Shown here one piece after another: positions 25,065 to 40,607 of a DNA stretch of 61,114 nt. A program made the position numbers and the translations under genes. The notes under the pieces are model-generated. The model was not told the DNA's origin. It was given only the letters and a program-made list of their open reading frames with translations, and ran no database searches. Each line of letters opens with the position of its first letter. Within the stretch, counting starts at the first letter, position 1. The DNA comes from Cercozoa sp. M6MM (Eukaryota; Protista; Endomyxa: Ascetosporea): NCBI GenBank assembly GCA_040357565.1, contig JBDODJ010000065.1, one strand, 5' to 3'.

Positions 25065-25265
25065 CGTATACAAAACGACCGACTCTCAAACGACGGGCTG
25101 CCTCGCTGATCGATTCAGTTGAGTTCGTTTGTTCAGTTTCGCTTGATTTACTGTGCTGCAGACTCATGCCTCACGATCGTGTCTAAATTACTTAGCATGA
25201 GCCGTGTACGATATATTACACGCAGCCCGCTTCGGTGGTTTTTGTCGAGTGTGATCCACTCACAG

Positions 25266-25404
25266 GGACGAGCGTCACGTAAACTTACATACCCTGGTGC
25301 CGTTCGAGGCGCGCCTGGTTGAGGCCAGGTGGCTCACGCAGCCGGAAGCAGAGAAACACGTGTTGCACCTCGAGTTGTCCTGCGACTCGCCGCTGGTCTG
25401 GTCT
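25266..25404 (+). pseudogene. Isolated exon resembling the start of the FAD-binding domain of a diflavin reductase (MTRR/CPR type)
   Basis: PFEARLVEARWLTQPEAEKHVLHLELSCDSPLVWS; no in-phase start upstream and no continuation downstream. Confidence 0.5.
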
Positions 25405-25492
25405 GTCACGTGTGTTGACTCCCCAGTCTCCCTCTCTTTACCCCTACCTTTCACCCATTGTCTTTACTCTACCGTACGGTACTACATGTACA

Positions 25493-26375
25493 TTGTTGCG
25501 AGATTGCATATCGGCCTTCTCGTTTCTTTTTTAGTTTTAACTCGCGTCCGATTTAGTCCGAGTCACCGGCGTCGTCGCCGTCGGGCAAAGAGGTCCATTG
25601 CCTTCCCTATCGTCAACCAGCACAGGTTGTCACAACACAGCGAACTCAAGTTAACCAAAAACAGCTTACAAGCCAACGCGCCAAAGGCAAGTATTAGGGC
25701 AACCTTAACGGCAGCATCCCCCAAGGCATCCCCCAAGGCACTGAGGCCTAAATTTCAAGACGGGTGGTGTTTTGACAGCCGAGAGTAAATTTACACGGAA
25801 TCCAATCGCACCTTTTTCAACTCCAGTTTCAAAGTTACTCAAGCCTGCACAGACACAGACAGTGGCGCAAATAGAGACTGCCCTATCAGATGTAAACCCC
25901 ACCTTTTTCAAGGCCCGTGCAGCGCACAGCAGCCGACTGGATGAGGGCGGAGGCGATATCGCTACCAGCGGCCCTCAGCCCATTCTCCGCGAATGTGGCC
26001 GCAAACGTTGCGGCCGGCTTTGGCGGTGCAGATACCATCGCTGTTTCGCGGGAACCACGAGAAAATGAAATGGATTCAGCGCTGCTCTAGGACAGCGAGC
26101 CAAGGTCCAGAGACACTTCAGAGAAGATTTCTACCGTTCTGAGCGCTGATTCACTGCCGATGCGGCCGACAGGATCGAACAAGTGGCGGGCGATGACCTG
26201 GCTCAGAGCTCTGGCCCGCTGTGACTCGGCAGAGCCGAAGTGCACAAACACGAACAAAACAACTACATTGGTGCTTCTAACTTACCGCACTGTATCAGTT
26301 TAGAGATTGAGTCAGTATAGAGATTGAGTGCTCCTGGCAGGCGGAGAGGTTTTGACCCTTTTTAACGGGGGCGTG
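25493..26375. mobile_element. Possible degenerate inserted element
   Basis: Intron-free segment with broken ORFs; starts TGTTG, ends in purine-rich AACGGGGGCG then TG; interrupts the reductase fragment. No recognisable TE domain. Confidence 0.25.
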
Positions 26376-26426
26376 TGTCCGGAGAGAGTGAATTATATAA
26401 ATGTCTTGGCCGATGACTCCTGTCGA

Positions 26427-27490
26427 TCAAAGTGTGCCTGCTGTCACATTGGAATTCCCAGGCGCTTCGAGCTGCCCGAGTTGTGACTCGAGACGTGTCA
26501 ACTGCGTCTGCATCTGTGCCGCGCTCTCACGTACCTTCTGTGCTTTTTGTCTTTTCTCGTCAACCTGAACAAAACAACCATCGCCGCGCGGAAGGAAAGC
26601 CTTCTCGAACGGAACTGACCTGTGTTCGAAGTCGATTGAGCAAAGCAGCCTCTGCTTGTGATCTTCTGAGTGCGTTCAGCAGCAACTGTGAATTACCGAA
26701 GCGTGCTTCGATTGCCTACGGTCAGTATGCATGCGTTTGCCAAGGTGCAATTCAGTGGAGGGTATGACTACTCGAAGCAGACGACGCATCTCGAGATGAT
26801 CCTCGTCCTGAACGTCGCTGAGTCCGAGCGATGTCTGCTGCTCGGAGGATTCCACCGACACTTGCGACGGCTGCCTGTTGCTCCACACGAAGGCCAGTAC
26901 ATACAGGTATGCACATCAAGGCATGCACATCAAGGCATGCACCTCAAGGCATGCACCTCAAGCAGGGAGGGAAAGTCAAAACTGAAGAACTACTTGAGAG
27001 GCCGCACTAGCACGCGCAACAGCTTTGCAAAGTCACGCAGATTCTGACGGTTCCACGTGCGCAACTTCTCCTGTTTCTCGCACACTTCCAGGTCAACATC
27101 AACCGACCACAACTCAGCACAAAAGTCAAAAGGCACTGAAGGATCGAGTTTCTCAGCTGCGAAATCCACCGAACCGTCTTCACGCAGCGGCAGCAGTTTT
27201 TCGAGTCCACTGTGTCCAACAATATACAAACAAAACCCACAAAATTATTAACTGGGTTGAGTTACTCATCTAGTGTTGGTTCGAACGTGTCGGCTTGCAG
27301 GAGTGCGCCGAAACTGAAGTAGCGACCCTGTACAGGACATGTACATACAGGTAAATCGCCTCTTGAAGGATCCTACCTGCGACGAGTCGTCGCGATGCGG
27401 GACAGGAGGAGGCTCTAGTCCGGACAGCTGCCAGTATGGCGGTGGCGCTGGAAACGCACTCTGTTTGGCTTGTTCTGCCTCTTCACTCAT
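26427..27490 (-). CDS. MED7: Mediator subunit 7
   Basis: SAFPAPPPYW, LEPPPVP, YFSFG, NSQLLLNALRRSQAEAALLNRLRTQ. Confidence 0.85.
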
Positions 27491-27650
27491 CTACAATGTA
27501 TGAACACACCACAGCACTGCAGCACAACAGTGCAAACCAATACTGTCGTTACACACTTAATTTCTTCTGGTGTTTGGAAATTACGCGTGAATAGACGCTG
27601 TAATTGCTTAGACAAATCCTCGGCGACGATTTTGCAAACAAATAGTTGCA

Positions 27651-29074
27651 ATGCCATCTGGGCGCCTACTAGAACCGCGTTTTTCGCTGCGCGGGCATTC
27701 CCACCCGGTGTCGAGTGTGGCGAGCCGATCATTTGTACTTTTTTCTCTGTTCTTTAGTGCAATCATTTGTGAATGGCGCAGTGGAACGAAGAGGATCAGG
27801 AAAGGGACCGGTGTGTTGTCAGCGCGGACGCTGATGGCAACATTCGCGTGTGGCAGCTGTCCACGCGAGCGCTCGTGAACGAGTTCCGCGTCGTGTCAGA
27901 CCCACAGGGCGTGCTTGATATGCACTTCCGCGTGGATGGGTCACTTTTGATGCATACACGCGGAGGTGGACTGCTTCTCGTGGACCCGATGGCTGCAGAA
28001 AGAAACGCAGTTATCGAAGCAGAGGTTTTGTTCCCACACACCGGGTTCTGCCGATCACTGTTGGTACGCAGACTCTTGGCAAGAATGTGTGTCTGCTGAG
28101 AGGAAGATGCGATGTAGCTCACAGACAGTACGATTGTGGCACCGACTGAGAAAGGTTTCGTCGTGCTTTCGCTGCCTGACTTTACTGAACTGGCCAGTTT
28201 TGACAGCGAGAAGGTAGCTCTACTTTCGTGTGTCCGTGTTTCCTTTTTGTTCCACCTTTTGGCCTTTTTTTTTGAAGGGAGGAACGCCAATGTCGCTTGC
28301 AGTAGCGCACAGTGCCGACAGTTTCGTTGTTGTGCTAGGACAAGAAAATGGCGATATTCGCGTCTTTCGCATCAAGCTGACCGATCAAAACAGTCAAGTG
28401 GAAGAGCGCAAGAGCCAAAATGCAGTCGACATTGAAGTGATCGAACTGAGTACTCGTTCAGTCGGCACGGAACCAATTTTGAGTGTCGAAATCAAGTGCA
28501 TCGACGACAAGCTGCACGTCTTCGCCGCTTCAGGTGTTTTGGAAGGTCTCTAACTTAAAAGCGTCATGATAATTTTGCTGCTTAGCGAGCCGAGATTTGA
28601 GGGCTCTCGTCTTTCACATGGATTCTCAAGTTTGGAATGTAACTTTGTCTGATTGGTCTCTTTGGAAAATACCAGTTTTTTGGCAAGCAGGAGCGACAAA
28701 AGCGCGAGTTGCCCGCGATGGGAGTAAACCGCGTTCTGTTTCTTCGCAACAACGACAGGGACGACAACCGAGTGCCTGCACGCATCCTTGTGTTGTCTTG
28801 GTCAGGTAAAAAGATTCGCTGTTGTTTCTTTGCTGTTTTTGCAGATAGGGATTTGCAGGTGATGTGCTTGTGCTGAGTTCTCGTTCGTTAAAGACTCGCG
28901 CCATCTCTAAACAAGACCAAGGGGTTCTTTCCGTCCTATTTCACTTGTTCCTTTCTCTCATGTACTTGCTCTTCTTAGGTACAAGACATGGCCCAGGACG
29001 GTGATACGCTTGTAGCGGGTGGAAAGAACACTCTTGTGTCTGTGTGGCCAGTCTCTGACTTGCTTGCTGTGTAA
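27651..29074 (+). CDS. GNB1L: WD40 protein, ASA1/GNB1L-like
   Basis: EPRFSLRGHSHPV, VSADADGNIRVWQLSTR, LLMHTRGG, TGFCRS, LGQENGDI, TEPILS, LVAGGKNTLVSVW. Confidence 0.75.
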
Positions 29075-29235
29075 TCGCCGTCAACTCCGTCTTGGATTGT
29101 GCCGTATCTACGTCCAACTGGCACATTTCACGTATGTTGAACTGTATCGTACCGTACGTTGGTACATGTTTATTCAGTTTTGTCGCAAATTAATGTTAAC
29201 TGAACTCGAACGTGCAGTAATTATTACGCTATAGT

Positions 29236-29460
29236 ACCACGAAGAAGATGTCCTACTCCCGTTCAAAAGGGGAGTTGGATGGCCCACCCTAAACGGGCGG
29301 TGGACGACGGCCCAGTCCTTACGCCACCTCGGGACTGTTTCAGGGGAACTGCATGGTTCCTTAATCGCCTGATTACGGAATACAATGTAACAGATGTTTT
29401 TTCGTTGCGTCTACAACTCCGTCTAGTTTGACGGAAGAACCCAGTTGGGGTAGTTCTTCA
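29236..29460 (+). ncRNA. Structured non-coding element, copy B
   Basis: Aligns with 223-351. Stems 29250-29253/29332-29335, 29284-29288/29299-29303, 29345-29350/29355-29360, 29418-29423/29430-29435, 29434-29440/29453-29459. Confidence 0.5.
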
Positions 29461-29603
29461 CTTCGCTTTACTAACTGAATCATTGGTTTCCTCGCTTCGT
29501 CTAATTGACGACTTACTTCTTTTATTTAGTTCTTTTCACTGACAACCAGTAAACATTAAACTGAACTGCACGGTTTCTTAAGCCCGTACTTTAGCAGGCA
29601 GTT

Positions 29604-30836
29604 TCAGTCCACAGAAAGCTCTGGCAACGGATTGATTGTCGCGAACCTCCTGTGCCACGACAACGCTTAATCAAAATACGGAGACTGATGTAGTTTGGAT
29701 AATTACATGGATCCCAAAAAAGAGAGAAGTTCGGAGCCTTCCGGCGGCACAAGCTGCTTGCCGTTCCAGCAGTCCTGTAGCATTTGTGTGATAAAGCGCA
29801 AGATCAATCTGCACAAAGCGAACTAAAAAACCTTGCGCACAAAGGCTCGCTCGATTTCGCAAGTCCAGACGGCATGCCCGAACTGCTCGTTGCAACTCAG
29901 CACTGCTCGAAATTGGCATGTGCTTACTTGGCAAACGATAAGAGAGAGAAGTAGATACAGTACCTTTCAAAACAACATGTGCAACACAGTCAACGAAAGC
30001 AACGTCAGACGATGTGCCTTCCCAGCTGAAAGCAAACATATTCAGTTGGACTGGAGGAAGCTATCTCGCGGTTTGTGAATTACCCAGGCGCACACGTTTG
30101 AATGTTGAACTCGTCGAATTTGTTCGTGTTGCGACCCGAGCACGATCCAACCTGAGGGATAGGGAAGGGGGGAAGGAGGTAAACAGGGGTAAAGCACAAC
30201 GTTTCGCATTAAAGTAATTGATCTGTTTGAAACGCACCAAAGCCAGCAGATCAGCGTGTTGCTGTGTTGCAACATTCAAAACGCACCGTCCCGACTCTTT
30301 CAGAATCGAGTGCCTGTGTCACACAGTAAGTAAGCAAGCCATTCCAATGCAAAGGGACAGGACGAAATACGAGTGCCGACGAATTGACTGCGACATAAGG
30401 ACATGCCCGTCATTGTCGAGCGGTGTCACCCAGGAGATCGTTTGAACATTGGTGACTGTGCCAGCACTGCCGTTTTCATCGTCTCTGGGAGCACTCGATG
30501 TCGTCAAGAAACACACCTACTAGCACTCTTTTGTTCGAGCGCACAGTCGTTTAAACGGGCGCAATACCGGGTTGGCGTACAGCAGACGAGTCGACTTGTT
30601 TCGAGGGAGCTCCACAATCTGCACATGTCAATGCAAGAGACCGTTTGTTCTGTGTAACTAATTGCACCTCCTCTGGAACGCCAAAAACTGGCGAACGTGA
30701 CTCATGTCTTGTCCGCGCGGACGCCTGCTGGCGATCTACTCAGCGGAAATAGTGAGGAACAACCAAAACTTGGATTGTCTAAACAAACCATCGGACCAAA
30801 TTTAGACTGTCTCTTCTTCTTAGGAGGTTGTGACAT
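29604..30836 (-). CDS. Flavin-reductase-like FMN-binding split-barrel protein
   Basis: Spliced TRLLYANP/VCFLTT…NVQTISWVTPLDNDG…RRHS, VLNVA, VGSCSGRNTNKF, GHAVWTCEIERAFVR, CWNGK…LLSFLGSM/RFA; stop 29604-29606. Confidence 0.8.
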
Positions 30837-31060
30837 CTAAATGGAGTTTGATGGCATGCTTTAGAGCTTTCATAGGCTCATGCTGAAAGGGAGGCTACGT
30901 TTGCATTTGTTAAGGGAACGTCTCATTTCTAGAGCACGACTTTGAGCCTGGGCACCTGTTTTGTAGACGCAGAGTAAGATGGCTTTCAGTTGTTCTGGGG
31001 GTTTTAGCTGTTTCATTATCATGTGATCACATTTGTGATTCGTTTGCAGTATTCGCGCGG

Positions 31061-32526
31061 ATGAGACGTCGCGCGGGCATTGGCGGACTTCAGCAGCAGA
31101 GGCGGCAACGCGTAGCTTCCAACCGTATTTAATTAATTTGGTATGTGCACTTCGTGTGCAGCAAGCTTTTCGCGAAAAAGGAGCCGAATTGGCCGAAGCG
31201 GATGCGTACCCAATTTTCCATGTCGATTTCACATGTGCTTCAGCAACTGTGTGAAATAGCAAACACATTGAAAAGGCGTTGGAGTCGTTTCGCGACGGTC
31301 TCGAAAAGTTTGCGCTGAAACACCGGTGACTTTGTTTTTACGATCTCTTCTCTCATTTCGACCAGCGTTTTTCCTTTTTGCAACAGAAAAAAGATCAACA
31401 AGAATCCTCAGTTTCGAGCCCAGGTTTCTTAAAATCAGTTTTTGAAGGTTGAGCTGTCGCGATGTCTGTAATTGAATAGTTTAACGAAATGTGTCACAAG
31501 ATCGGCGTCGATCCGCTCGCTTGTGCGTTGATTTTGCCTGACGTCGCTTGTGTTGGTATGTGCAGTACTGTGATTGTGCGACACAGCCAACAAAGGCTTC
31601 TGGGCGCAAGTGCTCGGCATGGGAAACTTCTACTACAAACTCGCAGTCCAGGTGTGCTGTTGTTCTGCTTGGTCACACGTGTTGACTGTGTCAGTTGTGA
31701 CGTGCACAGGTGCTGGAGGTGTGTCTCCGCACGCGCGATCGGAACGGCGGTTTGCTGCGTCTCTCGGATCTGCTGGTCTCGCTGGAGAAGTCTCGTGGTG
31801 CCTCTTCTTCGAACTTCCCTTCTGTGTGTGTGTAGTTGTGTATGTGTGTGTGCCTATCAACCTATCAACCTACCAACCTACCAACCTACCAACCTATCAA
31901 CCTATCAACCTACCAACCTACCAACGTACCAACCGCCCAGGCCAAGCACAGAAGGTGACAGCATCGGACGTGCAACAGGCCGTGCGGTCAGTGGAGTGTC
32001 TCGGCAATGGCCTGCGCCTCGTGACGCTCAGTGAAGCTGCGCGGAGCAACATGTAGTTCTTGCCTTTACACTTCGCCCCACCCCTTTAAGTTTTGCTTGA
32101 CCCCCGAGAGTGCGCAGTGAAGACAACGCAGACGACGTCATGATCTGCTCCGTTCCAGTCGAGTTGAACCGCGATCACTCTGCTCTGTTGCACGTGGCCA
32201 GGTACCTTCCCTCTTGTGTCAGTGCCAATGTCTGTATTGACACATTGGACACATTGTGTTTGTGTGTGTGTCTACAGAGACACAGGCAGTGTGACGGTCG
32301 AGTCGGCAGCAGCTGCCTTGCGATGGGAGAAACAACGCGTCCGCGTGGCCTTGGCACAGATGCTGGACGCTTCACTCGCGTGGGTCGATGGAGAGGTACT
32401 CTGTCGCACCTTCGCTTGCACCTGTGTCCTCTTCGAAGTGTCCTCTTCGAATGCTGTTTGTAGCGCTCTGACCCGTCGACAGCGTACTACTTCCCGTCCT
32501 TGTTCTCCTTCTTTGCGTCCATGTAG
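31061..32526 (+). CDS. SNF8: ESCRT-II subunit Snf8/Vps22
   Basis: MRRRAGIGGL, LEKFALKH, INKNPQFRAQFNEMCHKIGVDPL, KGFWAQVLGMGNFYYKLAVQ, SVPVELNRDH, LAWVD, YYFPSLF. Confidence 0.95.
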
Positions 32527-32633
32527 CGTAACTGTAGAGTTAGTTTGCACTCCCGGACTATGGGACCAACTACGGTACCCACCTCTGGTAACTGAACCTT
32601 GCCGAGCAAAGCCGACTGGACTGGACTCGACTC

Positions 32634-35444
<2,811 letters not shown>

Positions 35445-35770
35445 TCCTGCGCCTTGCTGCTCTCGTCTGTTTTTTGTATTTTTCCGATTTCCGACACAAA
35501 TGCTATCCTAAACCTGATATTTCCAAAATCGCGTTCTACATGCAACACATGACCAGAGAGAGCATTAACTCACCTTAGGACACACGTTTCACTGCAATAT
35601 GCTGAATCCGGTTCATCCGAGTTTTCCTGGGGCTACTAGCAGATTCCACAAGAGAGCGCCGCACGTCGCAGCAGCAGTACGTGCGCGTGTGTGTGTGAGC
35701 TCACGATAACAGTTGTGATCTGAGCGCGCGTGTAGGCAAGCCGAGTTTGTAGGAATTCTCGTTTCAAGAG

Positions 35771-38416
35771 ATGTCAGCTCCGGCCAAGAATCTGTTTGCG
35801 GGTCTGGATGAGGCCGACAAGAAGGCGCAGGTGACGGTTGAGGGAGGTAGATCGCGCGTTGTGCAGTGTGCAGGTTGGGAGGAGAGTTGTGCTGTCAACA
35901 GTGCCCGAGGTGTTCCGTTCGGGCGCTGTGGAGTCGTTCCGCGAGCTCGGTCTGCGGCAGGAGGTGTGTTTTTGGGGTTTCTCACGGAGGCTTCCTTGTT
36001 GTTGTTGCTGCTGAAAGGGTCGTTTCGCTTGCTGCGCAGTTGCTGGACGGATGCACGCGTATGAAGTTCGAGCACCCGTCCAAGATCCAGGTAGCAATAT
36101 CCAGGTTACCAATACCCAGGTGCTCCAAGGCCGTGTCTGCCTTGGCCTGTCCTTGCAGTGTGAAGAGACACAAGAGTGTGCCTCTGTGTGTGTTCAGGCC
36201 GAAGCACTGCCGATCATTCTGTCGGAACAGAGACCCAACGTGATCGGTCAAGCTCATGCTGTGTGTTGCTTCATGTGTCTCTGTGTCTATGTGTGTCTGT
36301 GTCTATGTCTATGTGTGTCTGTGTGTATGGTGTATGTACACTGACCTGTTGGGTAGGGTTCTGGCAAGACAGGCGCCTTTGCCCTCGCCATGCTCTCGCT
36401 CGTCGATGAGACCAAGGACTTCGTGCAGGCGCTGTGTGTTGCGCCCACTCGCGAACTGGCGTACTGCCCCCCTGTTTACCCCCCTGTTTACCCCCCTATT
36501 TACCCCCCTGTTTACCCCCCNNNNNNNNNNNNNNNNNNNNNNNNNNNNNNNNNNNNNNNNNNNNNNNNNNNNNNNNNNNNNNNNNNNNNNNNNNNNNNNN
36601 NNNNNNNNNNNNNNNNNNNNCCCCCCCCCCCCCCCCCCGTCCTACCCCTACCCCTCCCCTTTACCCCCTGTGAAACAGGCGGTCGCGGCGGTCGCGGCGG
36701 CGGCGGCATGGGCGCCTCGATGCTCAAACTGCAGCAGCAGATGCAGCAAGCACAGGTACACTGGGGTGGGGGTAGAAGGAGGTATAGAGGGGTACAGATA
36801 GGGGGTACAGATAGGGGTATAGATAGGGGGTATAGAGAGGGGTATAGAGGGGTTAAAGGGTGGGGTATAGAGGGGTTAGAGGCGGGGGTATAGAGGGGTT
36901 AAAGGGTGGGGGTATAGAGGGGCTTAAGGGTGGGGGGTCAAGCAGCTTACATGTGCAGATCCTGCTGTTCTCGGCGACGTTTCCGAAGAAGGTGCGCGTG
37001 TTCGCCATGCGTTTCGCACCCAACGCTGCTCGCATCTCGGTACACTCTATGAGGGTTATACAGGGGGGTAAACAGGGGGGTAAACAAGGGAGTATGACCG
37101 CAAAAAACAGGTGCACCGCGAGAACCTCACACTCGACACGATCGCTCAATTCGCCGTGATCTGCAACAATGAGGTACGGTCCATTTGTACACAGGTCCAT
37201 TTGTACACAGGTCCATTTGTACCGATCCTATTGTACGGTCTATTTGTCCATGTGTACCACAGGCGGACAAGTTCCAAGCCCTGTCGGACATGTACGGACT
37301 GCTCAACATTGGCCAGAGCATCATCTTCTGTCAGACCATCAACACGGCCAAGGACATCACGCAGCGCATGCGCGCCGAGGGTACCTCTTTCTCGGGGGGG
37401 GGGTAAACTGGGGGGGTAAACTGGGGAAGGAGGCTGTAAAACTGCTCTGCAGGCTTCAGCGTGTCGCTGCTGTACGGCCGCGACTTGGACCCGGCCGAGC
37501 GTGACCGTGTGATGGCCGACTTCCGCGCGGGTACCCGTCACTAGTNNNNNNNNNNNNNNNNNNNNNNNNNNNNNNNNNNNNNNNNNNNNNNNNNNNNNNN
37601 NNNNNNNNNNNNNNNNNNNNNNNNNNNNNNNNNNNNNNNNNNNNNCCCCCCCCCCCGTTTACTCCCTCCTTACCTCCCTGTTTACTCCCCTGTTTCCCGC
37701 CTGTTTACTCCCCTGTTTCCCGCCTGTTTACTCCCACTTTACCCGCCTGTTTACTCCCCTGTTAATCCCCAAGTTTAACCCCAAGTTTGACCCCAAGTTT
37801 GACCCTTGTATACCCCTGTCTATACCCTGTTGACCCCTCCCCCTCCCAGGTACCTGCACCGCATCGGTCGCAGTGGTCGCTTCGGTCGCCGCGGCTGCGC
37901 TCTCACCTTTGTGCACGACGCTGCCTCGCGACAGAAGTTCGCCGAGATCGTTCGGCACTACAATACCAAGTCGGTCGAGCTGCCTGGTTTAGATACCTCT
38001 TGCCCCCCCCCCCAACACCTTATCCCCTTGGTATAGCTGACGATCTTGAAATGATCGAAACGCGAGTGCGCGAAGTGCTCGGCAACGGCGGCGATGTTGA
38101 TGCCACGGTACTGACTTTTACGGGGGGGGGGGGGGCTTTAAACACAGACAGTTCCTTTTAGGGCCTGGCTGCTCTGTCGGCACGTGTGCTCGAGGAGGAG
38201 GACAAGGAGAAGGTAGTGTTTGCCCGTGTATTCTTCTCTGCCTGTGTTGACCCGTGTTGCGTGTGTATAGCTCCAAAAGGAAGAGGCCACTGTCGATGCT
38301 GCCACGGTAGTTACTTGACCACTGACTGAGTGAGACTCACCCGACAAAATTCGGTTCCCTGTGTGCAGCAGGAGAAGAAGGACGAGCCGGAGGCACCGCC
38401 TGCTGTTGCCGCCTGA
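35771..38416 (+). CDS. DBP5: DEAD-box RNA helicase Dbp5/DDX19 (two assembly gaps)
   Basis: MKFEHPSKIQAEALPIIL…NVIGQAHAGSGKTGAFALAMLS, APTRELA, LFSATF, LNIGQSIIFC, YLHRIGRSGRFGRRG. Confidence 0.92.
36521..36620. other. Assembly gap (100 N)
   Basis: Run of n; presumably hides the motif II exons of the helicase. Confidence 1.
37546..37645. other. Assembly gap (100 N)
   Basis: Run of n. Confidence 1.
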
Positions 38417-38706
38417 TCGTTCGAATAGACGAGAAGTCATCAGCTGCGTAGTTGCCACGTTTGCTGCCTAGTTTTCCTTCCCTCAGTTCTTCCAGTTCAG
38501 TTCATTCGGTTCAGTTCATTCTGTTCAGTTTAAATAGTTACCTACCCCGAAACCATCAACGTCGTGTACGGAGGCGAAAGGCTCCTAGAGTAGCGGAGGA
38601 TTGACTGTGCTACCGGACAGCAGACATGCAACCGAAGCAACGAGACGGAGCGACGAGGATTGGTAAACGGATACAACATAGCTCGTTTCTTAGGAGACTG
38701 AAGTAA

Positions 38707-39395
38707 CTACTCAGCAAAGCGGAAGAGGAGCTTCTGGTGCGGCTGTTGAAAGGCGGCCAAGAGAGCATGGTCCCCGAGAGCGGCAACGTCGACGGAGTGC
38801 ACGGAGGGAGCAAAGGCACCGCGTCGCATCAGAGCCAGCACTTGCTGCAGCACGTGCTGCCGCTCCTGGCGCGAGTGCTCGGCATTCCACCGCGTCATCC
38901 AGAAGCCTCGTCTGTGCACAACAAGACTCGAGCATTGGGCATTGGACGAAGGGGCAGAGTACGAGACAATGTCGTCAAAGATGAAAGCTCCAGTCGGTAG
39001 GGTCACCGGCTGGCGCGACATACCGCCGTAGGTCACCAGGGTGCCACCGTGCTGCAGGAAACGCGTCAGTTGCATCGAACTGCGGCCGCCGACGCCATTG
39101 AGTGCCAGGGGTGCACACTTCTACACAGATCGAGAGAGGGGGGCTATGACAGTTGTAGAAGACCAGACAAGTTAACGAACCTCGTCGACTCCAAAGGTAC
39201 GTGCGATGTCAGCGCGCACGTCGCGTTTCTTCAGGTCGCTCTGTTCGCACACTCGCATCGATCAAAGCAAAGGTCAAAGTCTGACACAGACAGGCAGTAG
39301 TGCTGCCTACCTCACACACGAAGAGATGCCGGTTTCGCTGTGTTTCGACTGCGTTGGCACTGCGCAAAAAACACAGTCAACAAGAGACACAGATA

Positions 39396-39458
<63 letters not shown>

Positions 39459-40350
39459 GTGTGTGAGTGTGTGTGTGTGTGTCCACCCAAGCAGGCGTCG
39501 AACAGAGTCGTCAAAGTCGAGGCGGAGAGCTTCGAGTTCGTCGTCGGAGCGGTCGCGTACCACACTCAGCGTGCGCCAGCGCCGATCCAGAGCGATCTCG
39601 CGCACGGCACGTGCCACTCCACTGGTGCCTAGGTTCTGCACGACCACCTGGTCGTCTTGCAGGGCACAGAACGACGTCAGCATCAAGAGGGCCGTGCACG
39701 GGTTCACCGCCATCGTGCCCAGTCGCTCTGTGTCCACGCCGCTGCTGTCGTCGATTCGCATGACGGACTCGCTCGCAACGTGCGCATGCGAACGCCATGT
39801 GCCGAGGCACGACACTGCCGGAATCACGAGATCGCCCTCCTTAAAGTCACACGAGGCTACACACGCACATCAAATCGAATCGATCAACACCACTTTCTGG
39901 AGCACGTGAAACAAGTTATACCGCTCTTGAGAACGCGAAAGACACCCTCATTGCCACCGACAGCAGCGCTTGCCTCAAGCGACGGCTTTACCGGGTAGGT
40001 GCCTTGGATCATGTTGATGTCGGCAGGATTCACCTGCAACTCTCCAAACGAAAAACGCAAATAAAAAAAAGTGAAACTGAAAAAAGAAAAAAAACCGGTG
40101 CGGCAAGAGTTTCGAGCAGCAAATGATCCGATGCGGGGCTGTCCGGCAGCTCTTCATTGCACACCTCCAGCACTTCTTCTGGCTGCCCATGGCGGGCGTC
40201 TGCGCATATCATATCTTTCCAGTTGCCACAGGTCAAAAGCCGGACAGCAGATGACTTACACACGAGGGCTCGTGACGTAAGATGACGCCGAACAGAGCTC
40301 GGAAGAGCACGCAACCGAACAGCTGTCGTTTTTCCCGCTCGACTGAACAT
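38707..40350 (-). CDS. MECR: Mitochondrial trans-2-enoyl-ACP/CoA reductase
   Basis: Presequence, HGQPEEVL, LAAP/VNPADINMIQGTYP, GGNEGV, GTWRSH, TMAVNPCTALLML, LALNGVGG, LVTYGGMSRQP, RGFWMTRW. Confidence 0.95.
39404..39482. repeat. (GT)n microsatellite in MECR intron
   Basis: Seen directly. Confidence 0.95.
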
Positions 40351-40607
40351 TTGGCGAGCAGACCCGGTCGGCTAAACTTCCTGAATACAATCCTTTTGGT
40401 AGTAGCACAGGTCTGTACAGCACTGTTTTTTTGCACTGTAATGTCACAGCAGTGCAGCAAACACAAAGTTAAAAAACACAACTTCTTACGTTGGTTTTTG
40501 TGAACTTGTCCGTTTCTACTTCTGTACTTGAAACTACGGACTGGGACTGGCAGTTTACAAACGCTTGAAACAGTTTACAAACGCTTGAAAAAAGCGATGC
40601 GACAGCG

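Noticed and set aside
26362-26560. PPT followed by a 3' LTR starting TGT
   Set aside because: The sequence after 26376 is the MED7 3' UTR and last exon, and does not match the putative 5' LTR at 25493.
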